A stretch of DNA of 34,355 nt from Candidatus Parcubacteria bacterium (lineage in GTDB: Bacteria > Patescibacteriota > Minisyncoccia > 2-02-FULL-40-12 > GWA2-44-9). Below, one piece after another: positions 15,643 through 24,653 of this stretch. Where the stretch lies: contig JAIFWG010000001.1 of assembly GCA_019662005.1 (NCBI GenBank), forward strand, positions 1 through 34,355, written 5' to 3'. Numbering within the stretch: the stretch's first letter is position 1; every line of letters starts with the position of its first letter. A model generated the notes under the pieces. It worked only from the letters and a program-made list of their open reading frames with translations, had not been told where the DNA came from and searched no databases. Both the position numbers and the translations under genes were made by a program.

Positions 15643-18025
15643 CAAGTTATGTCTTGATGAAGCACTGACGGCATTGAATCATTTTAATTCAGATGAATTG
15701 AGCGAATACGTTCGAGACGTATTCAACCGTGCAAGGAAGATGGAAAACCTCTCAAGCGCAAGGGCTTTTGATACAGCAATCAAAGAGATTAACAATGAAC
15801 GTCTCCAGTCATTCTTCGAATCCTCAACCACCAAGGCCGCGAATACGGTCAAGTTTGAAAAAGAAGCGGGTAAGATTAGGAGCAAAAAGGAGACGGTGCG
15901 CTCGTTACTTACGAAACGCTATACTAATCTTGGCGATAACGTTGCATCCTCACAGTGGGCAGCACGTTCAAGACTTGCCAGAAAAGCATTTGATCCATTA
16001 TCGGAAGAAGAAATAAGTTATTTGCAAGATCCCAATAATCAACGAACAATTGCTGATGCTATGGACGGCAGGAAGGTAAACAATCCTACGGCCGAGAAGA
16101 TCGCAAAACAATTCCATGAATATATTGAGTATCGAAACGCTGAGTTAATTGGATCGACTGCCATGCGTTTTGATGAAATGAACAAGGACAGGAATTTACG
16201 GTTTATCCATAATGCAGACAAAATAGTACGTGCCGGTCGCAGCTTTATCAATGCGCTACGTGACGATAAAAAATATGATACTAAGGCTTCAAAAAATATC
16301 TGGATGGAAGCAATCAAAAAACATTTTGAGATGGAAGGCACGTTTGAGAATACCGACGCCATGGATCTTGATGGCAATATTGATTGGAAGAAAGCAGACC
16401 AGATACTCAGCAATATCTATGACAATATCACCACAGGTAAAAGCGAAATATTCACAAGATCATCGGTGCGGAATGATCGAGAAGCAGTTGAGCGCCGCTC
16501 ACGAATGTTTTTTAAGCCAAAATCTATGCGTGATTTTGTCGAGTATAACGAAAAGTTCGGGATGGGTGATCTACACTCTGCCTGGATTGCTGATATTCAT
16601 GGTGCGGGCGCAAAGGTTGGCATGGCTGAGATGTGGGGAGACTCTCCATACAATATGTTTAATGATCTTCGTCACACAACCCAAGAAGTAGACCCCAAGG
16701 ATAATTTTTGGTGGAGCAATACTGATAATTATTTAAAGACCGTCATGGGGCTGGATAAAGCTGCGCGGTCGGCTAGTGTTGCAAACTTCGGGGCTAATTT
16801 ACGAACCTTAACCTCTATGGCTCGCTTGATTAAAGTATCACTTCAATCAGTTTCAGACGTTGGTTATATCGCTTCTTTTGGTCAGCGTATGGGGATCGGT
16901 TATTGGCGAACTTGGTTTAATCAAATGAGTCACCTATTTGATAAATTTCCCACCGAGGAGCGTTCGAGGATTGCTAAGTTATGCAGGGTGATGGTTGATA
17001 GTCACATGGGGTACATGGGTCGATGGGTGGATGCTGCAAATTCCAGCCAGATATTAAGCAAAGCTTCAACGGGATATTTTAAAAAGATCGGCCTTGAAGC
17101 ACTAGACCGTGGTAATAAGATCGGCATTATGCACCTGATGTCGCAACACCTTTATGAAAATTCAGGAAGTAAGTTTTCCGAACTTAATCCATCCCTTCAA
17201 AAGTGGGTTGGTAAGTTCATGAATGAAAACGAATGGGAATTGCTGCGAAAGAAAAACCAAGGGAAGTTATTCACGGTAGAAAACGTCGATAGCCTGACTG
17301 ACGCAGACCTTAAAGCCCATTATGAAACAACAGATAAAAAGACCCCCTTATACCAGGTAAGAAATGAACTTTACCGAAGGGTAGATTCAATGTTTCAGGT
17401 GGCTTCTGAAAATGCCGTTCTAGCACCTGGGGATTTTGAACGGGTATGGCTGTATCACGGAACGGCGCCTGGCACGTTAGCAGGAGAGTTCTGGCGCACT
17501 GTTATGCAATTTAAATCATATACGCTTGCCTATATGGATCGGGTGTTAGTCCAAGGCTGGAAAGACGCTGACACTGCTCAGCAAAAACTCGGCTGGGCGC
17601 TCTCGATGATGATTGGAACGTTGCCATTATCAGTAGGGAGTATTTTTTTCGACAACCTAAGCAATAATCTTACTATGCCTGACTGGAACCAGATGAATGT
17701 TCCTGAGCGAGAAAAATACCTGGTTGAATTGCTGGCTCCGTCGCTCGCCATGTTCACTGGAATACTTGATCCGCGTAGCCAAAACTCAAATATGATTGTA
17801 GATGCCGCATTAGGTTCACCCTCCACCAGGCTTATTAGTAATGCTATGGCAAGCGCCAGCGCTTTGGTAACAGGCGACCCGAAACGTGCCGCTAAAGATT
17901 TAAAGAAGGTAGCTAACTACATGCTACCTATTCAGACGACCCCTATTGTATCTCCGGCACTGCGATATATTATGGGTGACGAAGCATACCTTGAACCTGG
18001 ACAAAAGGTTAGGTTCGGTAGTTAA
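15629..18025 (+). CDS. Internal virion / ejection protein (gp16-like region, second part)
   Basis: 798 aa with a 14-nt overlap on the upstream gene. The call rests on synteny. Confidence 0.55.
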   Translation: MAKPSKLCLDEALTALNHFNSDELSEYVRDVFNRARKMENLSSARAFDTAIKEINNERLQSFFESSTTKAANTVKFEKEAGKIRSKKETVRSLLTKRYTNLGDNVASSQWAARSRLARKAFDPLSEEEISYLQDPNNQRTIADAMDGRKVNNPTAEKIAKQFHEYIEYRNAELIGSTAMRFDEMNKDRNLRFIHNADKIVRAGRSFINALRDDKKYDTKASKNIWMEAIKKHFEMEGTFENTDAMDLDGNIDWKKADQILSNIYDNITTGKSEIFTRSSVRNDREAVERRSRMFFKPKSMRDFVEYNEKFGMGDLHSAWIADIHGAGAKVGMAEMWGDSPYNMFNDLRHTTQEVDPKDNFWWSNTDNYLKTVMGLDKAARSASVANFGANLRTLTSMARLIKVSLQSVSDVGYIASFGQRMGIGYWRTWFNQMSHLFDKFPTEERSRIAKLCRVMVDSHMGYMGRWVDAANSSQILSKASTGYFKKIGLEALDRGNKIGIMHLMSQHLYENSGSKFSELNPSLQKWVGKFMNENEWELLRKKNQGKLFTVENVDSLTDADLKAHYETTDKKTPLYQVRNELYRRVDSMFQVASENAVLAPGDFERVWLYHGTAPGTLAGEFWRTVMQFKSYTLAYMDRVLVQGWKDADTAQQKLGWALSMMIGTLPLSVGSIFFDNLSNNLTMPDWNQMNVPEREKYLVELLAPSLAMFTGILDPRSQNSNMIVDAALGSPSTRLISNAMASASALVTGDPKRAAKDLKKVANYMLPIQTTPIVSPALRYIMGDEAYLEPGQKVRFGS

Positions 18026-18049
18026 AGTGAAGTCTCAAGGAGAGAGATA

Positions 18050-19471
18050 ATGACGACATTGCCGCAACAGGACACGATCAAACAATACATAGCCGATGGT
18101 GTAACGACAGAGTTCGTGGTTCCATTTTACACCCCTGAATCAACCATTACAGGGGAGCCAGCGATCAATGTTTATGTAACGCTTGAAGATGAAACACCAA
18201 TTCCCGAGGATGATATTAAGATTTGGAACGTAGATTATACCTACGCCCCCAATGCTGACCCCATAACTGGCGGTACTCTTACCTTTCTTACAGGCAAAAT
18301 CCCTCCTTTAGATTCAAGCGTTACTTTAAGTCGTAACGTGCCAGCCGAGTTAAGTGTTGAGTTCGCAGATGCCCAGAATTTCAGCGGTGCCAACCTTGAT
18401 GATGTGCTTGAACAATTACTTCTAATCACGCAGCAAAACAAGACTTATGCGCTTCAACGAAACCTATCCTACCGTGTGAATAGCCTATTACCCTCGGCCG
18501 ATATTGAAGCCCAATGTCAGATCCCTGTGCTTGGAGAAAATCAAATATGGCAAGGAACTGGAGATGGTGTTGCAGCTGTTACTTTGGAAGAAAATCCAGA
18601 CGTTAGCACACTGCGCTCAGAACTTGAAAACGATTCGCCAGGTACAGATGGCGCGAGAATCGTCGGCTACTATGATGCGCTCTTTAATGGGGCAACCACC
18701 GTCCATGACCAGCTAGACTTCATTACTGGAAATATCCGGCTAATGGGTACCGATACTGGCGCGTTGAATGCCATGGTGCTAACCATAGCGAACAATGATG
18801 CAACCTATGTGACAGGTATGGAAATCAGGATTATTCCAGCCAATACCAATACTGGCGCGACAACGATTAATTTTAACGCGCTAGGCGTCAAGAGTATCTA
18901 CCGTGACAACTCCGTCGCCGTTCAGCCAGGCGATTTTATTGCTGGCAAACTCTATTCGATGGTTTATGACGGTAGCAAATTCATCCTGTCAAATAGCCCA
19001 AGTATCAGGTCAGGAATGATTGAAGATTTTGGTGGTGCTGCGGTGCCTGCGGGTTATTTGAATTGTGATGGTTCAGCTGTCAGCCGGACAACCTATGCGG
19101 CTTTATTCACTGCGATTGGAACGACGTGGGGCATTGGGGATGGTTCTAGCACCTTCAACCTGCCGAACTTCGAGCGGTGTGTTTCTGTGGGTTCTGGTGG
19201 CTCAGGAAGTGCCACCTTGGGCAATGCGGTAGGTGATACGGGTGGGGAAGAAGATCATGTCCAGACTATCGCGGAAATGGCACAGCACAGTCATACATCC
19301 ACTGTAGGCGGTGTGAATGGTTCAGCGACGGCCGCACCTTGGCAATCCGCGCTCGGAACTTCGACCGCTCAAACAGATACGATCCCGCTGTCTGTCGGTT
19401 TAGAAGGTGATGGCGACCCATTCAACATCATGCAACCGTCAAATGTGGTGCTAAAAATCATCAAGATTTAA
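18050..19471 (+). CDS. Tail fibre: T7 gp17-type N-terminal domain plus C-terminal phage tail-collar domain
   Basis: The N-terminus (Y.ADGVTTEF.VPF...V.V...) resembles the T7 tail fibre N-domain. The C-terminus GGAAVPAGYLNCDGSAVSRTTYAALFTAIGTTWG.GDGSSTFNLPNF is the collar (MdpB-like) signature. Confidence 0.85.
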   Translation: MTTLPQQDTIKQYIADGVTTEFVVPFYTPESTITGEPAINVYVTLEDETPIPEDDIKIWNVDYTYAPNADPITGGTLTFLTGKIPPLDSSVTLSRNVPAELSVEFADAQNFSGANLDDVLEQLLLITQQNKTYALQRNLSYRVNSLLPSADIEAQCQIPVLGENQIWQGTGDGVAAVTLEENPDVSTLRSELENDSPGTDGARIVGYYDALFNGATTVHDQLDFITGNIRLMGTDTGALNAMVLTIANNDATYVTGMEIRIIPANTNTGATTINFNALGVKSIYRDNSVAVQPGDFIAGKLYSMVYDGSKFILSNSPSIRSGMIEDFGGAAVPAGYLNCDGSAVSRTTYAALFTAIGTTWGIGDGSSTFNLPNFERCVSVGSGGSGSATLGNAVGDTGGEEDHVQTIAEMAQHSHTSTVGGVNGSATAAPWQSALGTSTAQTDTIPLSVGLEGDGDPFNIMQPSNVVLKIIKI

Positions 19472-19492
19472 TGTTTTACATGAACGTTCTAC

Positions 19493-20962
19493 ATGGAACC
19501 CATGTTAAGGAAGATTGAGTCAAACTGGCAGAAAATTGGAGATAAGTTAACCGCTTTAGCGGCCGGCTGCTATCACATTGATCGTGATGATAATTACGAT
19601 CTTTTGGTCAAATATCTTGATCGTCCATCAATAACCCTTCCTTACCGACCTTTGCGTAGCTACCAGAAAGAAGTTCGTCGCGTCCTATTCGAGCAGGGTA
19701 TTAAACGTATTTTGATCGAATGGCCACGTCGGGCAGGGAAGGAATATGGGTGCTTTGAGGTCATGGTTGAAGCTTCAATCAGCGATCCTGGGCTTTACAT
19801 GATGGTGTATCCCACGAACGTTAGGGCGCGGGCAATTCTCTGGGAAGGTTATATTTTACTTGAAGATGGAAGTTCGCTCCCATTCCTTAAAATGATCCCC
19901 CCCGAATTGATCGCGAAAGTAGATAACCAGGCAATGAAGGTGCATTTAGTCAATGGCTCGATTATTTGGATTGTTGGTTCTGATATTGACCCTGACAAGC
20001 TCCGCGGTACTAATCCACGTGGCATCGTCTATGCAGAGTTTGCGTTTCAAGACCCAAAAGTATTCTACATCATGCTACCAGTGCTTAGGCAAAACGGTGG
20101 ATGGCTAATAGGCCAATCTACTTTTGATGGCATGAACCACTTTTGGCAATTGATCGAGAACAACAAAGACGATCCGCTATGGTTTTGTCGGGTTGAGTCG
20201 ATCGTTACCTTGGTTGACGAAAACGGAAACCGATACATAACAGATGAAATGATTGAGGAAGATAGGCGGGCGGGTATGCCTGAATATCTGATCCAGCAAG
20301 AATATTATGGTGTCGTCCAGGTCAACCAGGAAACCAAGTATTTTGCCCACGCATTAAAGAACTTATTTGATAACAAGAGAATACAAACCGGCTTAGTGCT
20401 GCCTAACCAAAACGTATATTCAGCTTTCGATATTGGGATTGATGATAACTGTTCGGTGGTGATGTTCCAGATAAAGCGAGTCGACGACTACTTAAAGCCT
20501 TACATTATTGGTTACTACGAATCGAACAACCACCAGCTTGAACATTACATTACCGAAGTGCGACGATTTTGTGCCCGTCTTAACTTACCGTTTAAAGATC
20601 ACTTCCTTCCTCACGATGGACAAAAACGGGATTTTAATACGGGCAAGAATACGATTGATTTCCTCCGTGACATGGGGGAAAACGGTTTTATTGTTCCACG
20701 GCCTTCAAATAAACAACATGCTATAGAATCCATGAGACGGGTTTTATATCACACTGAATTCAATAAAGAAAACACACAGCGATTAATTGATTGTTTGTCG
20801 AATTATTCAAAAGAGTATGATGATAAAATGGGAACATACAAAAAGAACCCCGTACATAATTGGGCGTCGCATGGGGTTGATGCCTTCCAGACAATGACGC
20901 TTGCACTGGAAGGAGGTATGATTAATGATCGCTCGTATGGGGTAGTATATTATCCCAGCTAG
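19493..20962 (+). CDS. terL: Terminase large subunit
   Basis: 489 aa. A Walker A-like WPRRAGKE motif is present. The position after the tail fibre matches T7 gene 19. Confidence 0.85.
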   Translation: MEPMLRKIESNWQKIGDKLTALAAGCYHIDRDDNYDLLVKYLDRPSITLPYRPLRSYQKEVRRVLFEQGIKRILIEWPRRAGKEYGCFEVMVEASISDPGLYMMVYPTNVRARAILWEGYILLEDGSSLPFLKMIPPELIAKVDNQAMKVHLVNGSIIWIVGSDIDPDKLRGTNPRGIVYAEFAFQDPKVFYIMLPVLRQNGGWLIGQSTFDGMNHFWQLIENNKDDPLWFCRVESIVTLVDENGNRYITDEMIEEDRRAGMPEYLIQQEYYGVVQVNQETKYFAHALKNLFDNKRIQTGLVLPNQNVYSAFDIGIDDNCSVVMFQIKRVDDYLKPYIIGYYESNNHQLEHYITEVRRFCARLNLPFKDHFLPHDGQKRDFNTGKNTIDFLRDMGENGFIVPRPSNKQHAIESMRRVLYHTEFNKENTQRLIDCLSNYSKEYDDKMGTYKKNPVHNWASHGVDAFQTMTLALEGGMINDRSYGVVYYPS

Positions 20963-20980
20963 ACAACATGGAGAGTTGTT

Positions 20981-21256
20981 ATGATTACGCTAGGATTTGC
21001 AGCCGGTTATTCAGATCTTGCTACGTTAGATAGCGAGTTTCCTTATCCCTCGTCTTATATTTATATTTCAGGCGATACCGGAAACGTCGTCTGGCAAAAC
21101 TCTAATGGTGCAAACCAATACCTTCCCAATGCCCAATCAGGTGGTTTATACCCTATTGGCGCAAAAATGATTTTATCTTCTGGCACCGTAAATGGTACCT
21201 CAAGAACAACCACCGCAACGGATATTGTTTATCTCTCAAGCGCGAAGGGTGTATAG
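20981..21256 (+). CDS. Hypothetical protein (91 aa), beta-rich
   Basis: GGAGAG SD. It is the first gene of the post-terminase locus. Confidence 0.65.
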   Translation: MITLGFAAGYSDLATLDSEFPYPSSYIYISGDTGNVVWQNSNGANQYLPNAQSGGLYPIGAKMILSSGTVNGTSRTTTATDIVYLSSAKGV

Positions 21257-21418
21257 ATGCACGTTTATTTGCGGCTTTTACAAATGTTCCCTTACGCTGC
21301 TCTTTGCAACGTGAGGGTATTGCCGCCCCCACCAGGCTTTTCAAGATTAATAACCAGTCGTGGCAATCTCGTAATAACAGGCCGTGGAAGCCGAGTTATT
21401 GCTAAGGAGTATATTTAG
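21257..21418 (+). CDS. 53-aa ORF carrying a doubled (I/V)T(G/S)RG motif also present in the nozzle protein
   Basis: ATG follows directly after the upstream TAG, with GAAGGG 7 nt upstream. Translation is MHVYLRLLQMFPYAALCNVRVLPPPPGFSRLITSRGNLVITGRGSRVIAKEYI. It falls below the track threshold. Confidence 0.45.
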   Translation: MHVYLRLLQMFPYAALCNVRVLPPPPGFSRLITSRGNLVITGRGSRVIAKEYI

Positions 21419-21430
21419 GAGTTTAAAGAC

Positions 21431-23272
21431 ATGGCAGATGAACGTTTACTAGATTTTCCCTCAAAATCATCCCCCGTACCAGCCGATATTATTTATGTGG
21501 GTGACAGTGCCGACGCTTTTAATGAGGTGCAAAGTACCATTGCTGAGATCATTGCAACCTATCCAAATTTATCAGGAATCGCAGCTCTCACCTTAGTTGC
21601 TAACAGTTACCCATACAAGAATGGTTCGTCAGTTTTTGCGGTTGGCAGTATTACCTCGGTACCCGCGGCATCAATCCTTGCAGCTTGGGATATTAATAGT
21701 AATTTCAGGGCTAACAATTTCCTGGCGGGCTACGCTACAACTACAACAGCCGCAGGTACAACCACCTTAACAGTGGCAAGTGCTGGTCAGCAATTCTTTA
21801 CAGGTTCGACCACTCAAGATGTGGTTATGCCAGTAACCTCGACTCTTGCATTAGGTATGTCATGGTACATCGTCAATAATTCAAGTGGCGTGGTGACGGT
21901 CAAATCTTCAGGTGCCAATACTATCATTGCCATGGCGGCAGGAACTACCGCAATTGTTAGTTGCATTGCCTTAACAGGAACAGCCGCAGCTTCTTGGTCT
22001 TATGATTATAACCAGTCTGCTTTATCCTTCCCCGTAAGCATAGCCAATGGTGGTACGGGCGTATCTGCAACACCAACGTCTGCGTCAGCATCAGCCTTTG
22101 CCGCTTGGGATGCGAGCATCAATATCCCTGCTAATAACTTTGTACCGTCTTATGCGACAACGGCTACTGCTGCTGGTACGACAACGTTAACGGTAGCTAG
22201 CGCATTTGAACAGTTCTTCACTGGCGCAACAACGCAAACCGTTGTACTTCCAGTCACTTCAACCTTGAGACAAGGCCACTCATTTAGGATCGTGAACAAC
22301 TCAAGTGGTGCGTTAACAATTCAATCCTCTGGTGGCAACACGATTGTGACTGTAGGAGCCAATACTGTGACTACCGTCACTTGTATATTGACCTCAGGTA
22401 CTGGCACGGCTTCATGGTATTACAGTCTGGTAGACCAGAACGAAGGGGGCGGTGTCACAAGCGTCGGCACTGGAACAGGCTTAACGGGTGGCACGATTAC
22501 GTCGACTGGTACGATTTCATTAGCCGCGGTTGCTGCTCATAAATTATGGGCTAACGTGACTGGCGGCAGTGCCGTACCTACTGAAGTTTCTACATCCATA
22601 TTTATTCAGCAAGTTGTTGTCCAGACAGTTGCTGCTACTGGTACTTATACACCTACTACTGGCATGGTTTATGCAATAGTTGAAATAGTTGGTGGCGGTG
22701 GCGGTGGTGCTGGTGTTGGTGATACCAGTGGTGCAAAAGCATGTGCTGGTGGCGGTGGTGCTGGTGGTGGATATTGCCGGAATGTTTATACCGCAGCAGA
22801 AATGGGCGCTAGTGCTGCCGTGACCATTGGTGCGGCAGGCGCAGGCGGTGTCGGTAATAGTGGTGGTACAACAGGTGGCGATACAATATTTAATCCCGCT
22901 GGATCTGGCGCAACGATTACAGCGAGCGGTGGTCTACGTGGTAATGAATATGCACCAAGTACCGTCATACAAATGTCAAGCGGCGCGGCTGGTGGTGCAG
23001 CATCTGGCGCACAGTTAAATGTTAGTGGGGGATCAGGATATCCAGGCATTAGCATTGGTGTTGCTTTATCTACACAGGTAAATGGCGGTACAGGTGGATA
23101 TTCTGCCTTTGGTAGCGGTGGCAGAGCATTGGCAGCAAGTCAAAATGGTGCTGCTGCCTCTGGCTTTGGTGCAGGTGGTTCTGGTGCAGCAGGACTAAAT
23201 GACGCTAGTTCGTATAATGGTGGCACTGGAACAATAGGTTATTGCATCGTCACAGAATTTATTGCGGTTTAA
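21431..23272 (+). CDS. Second fibre-like protein with two tandem ~110-aa repeats and a C-terminal glycine-rich domain
   Basis: AGGAG SD, 613 aa. Internal repeats lie at aa 84-193 and 224-333. The C-terminus IVGGGGGGAGVGD...GGGGAGGGY is typical of glycine-rich fibre tips. Confidence 0.75.
   Translation: MADERLLDFPSKSSPVPADIIYVGDSADAFNEVQSTIAEIIATYPNLSGIAALTLVANSYPYKNGSSVFAVGSITSVPAASILAAWDINSNFRANNFLAGYATTTTAAGTTTLTVASAGQQFFTGSTTQDVVMPVTSTLALGMSWYIVNNSSGVVTVKSSGANTIIAMAAGTTAIVSCIALTGTAAASWSYDYNQSALSFPVSIANGGTGVSATPTSASASAFAAWDASINIPANNFVPSYATTATAAGTTTLTVASAFEQFFTGATTQTVVLPVTSTLRQGHSFRIVNNSSGALTIQSSGGNTIVTVGANTVTTVTCILTSGTGTASWYYSLVDQNEGGGVTSVGTGTGLTGGTITSTGTISLAAVAAHKLWANVTGGSAVPTEVSTSIFIQQVVVQTVAATGTYTPTTGMVYAIVEIVGGGGGGAGVGDTSGAKACAGGGGAGGGYCRNVYTAAEMGASAAVTIGAAGAGGVGNSGGTTGGDTIFNPAGSGATITASGGLRGNEYAPSTVIQMSSGAAGGAASGAQLNVSGGSGYPGISIGVALSTQVNGGTGGYSAFGSGGRALAASQNGAAASGFGAGGSGAAGLNDASSYNGGTGTIGYCIVTEFIAV
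21680..22429 (+). repeat. Tandem in-frame duplication inside the fibre gene (21680-22009 and 22100-22429, 420-nt period)
   Basis: AAWD..N..ANNF..(S/G)YATT.TAAGTTTLTVASA..QFFTG.TTQ.VV.PVTSTL..G.S..IVNNSSG...(V/I).SSG.NTI...ASW occurs in both copies. The DNA differs mostly at third codon positions. Confidence 0.85.
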
Positions 23273-23281
23273 GGGGTCACT

Positions 23282-23548
23282 ATGTTTAATCTGCCACCCG
23301 ACAAAGAAGGCCATATCAGATTAGGGTTACTAATCGGCATGGCTTTCTCAAGCTTCCCTTTTGTAGCACTTGCAATGGTGTTGCTGGTTGCAATCGGTAA
23401 AGAGATATTCGACTACGTGTCATCGAAGTTCTTTCACCAGGAACATAATGCGGAACTTCTGGACGCTGTTTGCACGGTAGGTGGTGGGGTAATCGGGATT
23501 ATCGTGCCAATGGTGATCTATATAGTTTTAGCGGTGTATGTATTCTAG
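23282..23548 (+). CDS. Small integral membrane protein (88 aa, 2-3 TM segments)
   Basis: AAGGGG SD and hydrophobic segments. It is the last plus-strand gene before the convergent junction. Confidence 0.7.
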   Translation: MFNLPPDKEGHIRLGLLIGMAFSSFPFVALAMVLLVAIGKEIFDYVSSKFFHQEHNAELLDAVCTVGGGVIGIIVPMVIYIVLAVYVF

Positions 23549-23619
23549 GCTTGGGCTGCCGGACTTCAGCTATGAGGTATCGCGGCAGCTTTCCACCTTC
23601 TTGCTCGTTGCCTAATTCT

Positions 23620-23639
23620 TGGGGGAGATTAATCCCCCA
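23620..23639. terminator. Hairpin at the convergent gene junction (candidate bidirectional terminator)
   Basis: TGGGGGA-GATTAA-TCCCCCA. The flanking T-runs are weak. It lies between the 3' ends of converging operons. Confidence 0.4.
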
Positions 23640-23651
23640 GGCATTCTTTGT

Positions 23652-24104
23652 CTACACAAAGCTCGGTATATCGTCGTCAACAAAACTATTGTCGTTCTTC
23701 TTTTCCTTGGCGAGCGGTTTCACGTAGTCAGCAACCCGATTGACCTTTCTCATCTCACCGTCTTTCTCATACTCAGAGATAGTGAGTTTTACAACTCCAT
23801 TCTTGCCAAGAAAATCCCGAGCCTCCAGAACTTCAGCTTCGTAGCGGTCAAGCAATCCACAGGTGGCTGCGAAGTGACGAAACTTCCATGCCATTTCCTC
23901 CATTGTGGTGACGATCCAATCTTTAACGTTGTACTCGCGCCCATCGTTACCCATGACCCGAATCTCGACTTCAAGCATGTGGTTGTCTTTCTTGGACGTT
24001 GGTTTTTCCATGACAGACTTTACTGAAAATGGATATTGTCCTTTTTCCAAAACATTGCGAACTTGATCTTCTTCTTCTGTGATCTTTTTATAATGCAAAG
24101 CCAT
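23652..24104 (-). CDS. DUF669-type phage SSB-like protein with acidic DDDIPSFV tail
   Basis: AAGGAG SD. The sequence pattern and the co-location with the Sak4-like and Gp157 genes are typical of DUF669. The C-terminus mimics the bacterial SSB tip DDDIPF. Confidence 0.75.
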   Translation of the reverse strand: MALHYKKITEEEDQVRNVLEKGQYPFSVKSVMEKPTSKKDNHMLEVEIRVMGNDGREYNVKDWIVTTMEEMAWKFRHFAATCGLLDRYEAEVLEARDFLGKNGVVKLTISEYEKDGEMRKVNRVADYVKPLAKEKKNDNSFVDDDIPSFV

Positions 24105-24116
24105 TGTAATACTCCT

Positions 24117-24653
24117 TTATATGTTATCGATTGATATGACTATTTTAGTTTTACGCTCTACACTGGCGCCAGGTACCTGAATTCCGGTGCTTAAAACTTC
24201 TTCCTTGATTGCATTTTTATCGGGCTTTATTTCTGTTTTCACAATTTCTTTTGTTCGCATGAATTTTTCTGGAATGACTGCTTCGTCCAGAATTTCAGTT
24301 GAATATGGGTTTTCCTTTAATTTAATAGTGAAATATGGGCATTTAATTTCCTTGATATTGCAACGCTTCATATTATTTTCAAGGTATTGCATTTGCTTGG
24401 CAATCTCCTTGTCGTATGCAGATTCACGCTTGGCTATTTCCTGCTTTACGAATTCAATTTGTTTTCTCTCTGCTTCTAGGTGCTTGATCCACTTGGTCAC
24501 GGAGATACATTTGTTATCAGCCGTTTCACTTATAGCCGATATCTGCCTGTCAATTTCCTCGTCAATCTCGCCAGTTTCAGGATTGTATAACTGGGGGAGA
24601 AGGCGCTGGTATTCAGCGCCAATTTCCCAAAAACTCAAACTATTACTTATCAT
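24117..24653 (-). CDS. Siphovirus Gp157-family protein
   Basis: 178 aa. The pattern YQRL...E.D......I....E.K....K.IK.LEAE...I...I...........(F)TIKLKENP.S.EI.DE..IPE.F.R........PDK.AIK is as I recall for the Gp157 family. Confidence 0.8.
   Translation of the reverse strand: MISNSLSFWEIGAEYQRLLPQLYNPETGEIDEEIDRQISAISETADNKCISVTKWIKHLEAERKQIEFVKQEIAKRESAYDKEIAKQMQYLENNMKRCNIKEIKCPYFTIKLKENPYSTEILDEAVIPEKFMRTKEIVKTEIKPDKNAIKEEVLSTGIQVPGASVERKTKIVISIDNI

Noticed and set aside
16039-16413. The 124-aa minus-strand ORF, and similar antisense or alternate-frame ORFs inside large virion genes. Examples are 13539-13811, 14808-15068, 15679-15885, 16230-16691, 17578-17826, 7296-7577, 7729-7978 and 22786-23055.
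   Set aside because: All are fully embedded in long, coherent plus-strand genes of a single operon. They lack SDs and arise in compositionally biased regions (Gly/Ala-rich or AT-rich) that suppress stop codons.
21680-22429. The two fibre repeats as a DGR template/variable repeat pair.
   Set aside because: No reverse transcriptase is present in the window. Both copies are in-frame coding parts of the same gene. Their differences involve all four bases, mostly at third codon positions, rather than adenine-specific substitutions.
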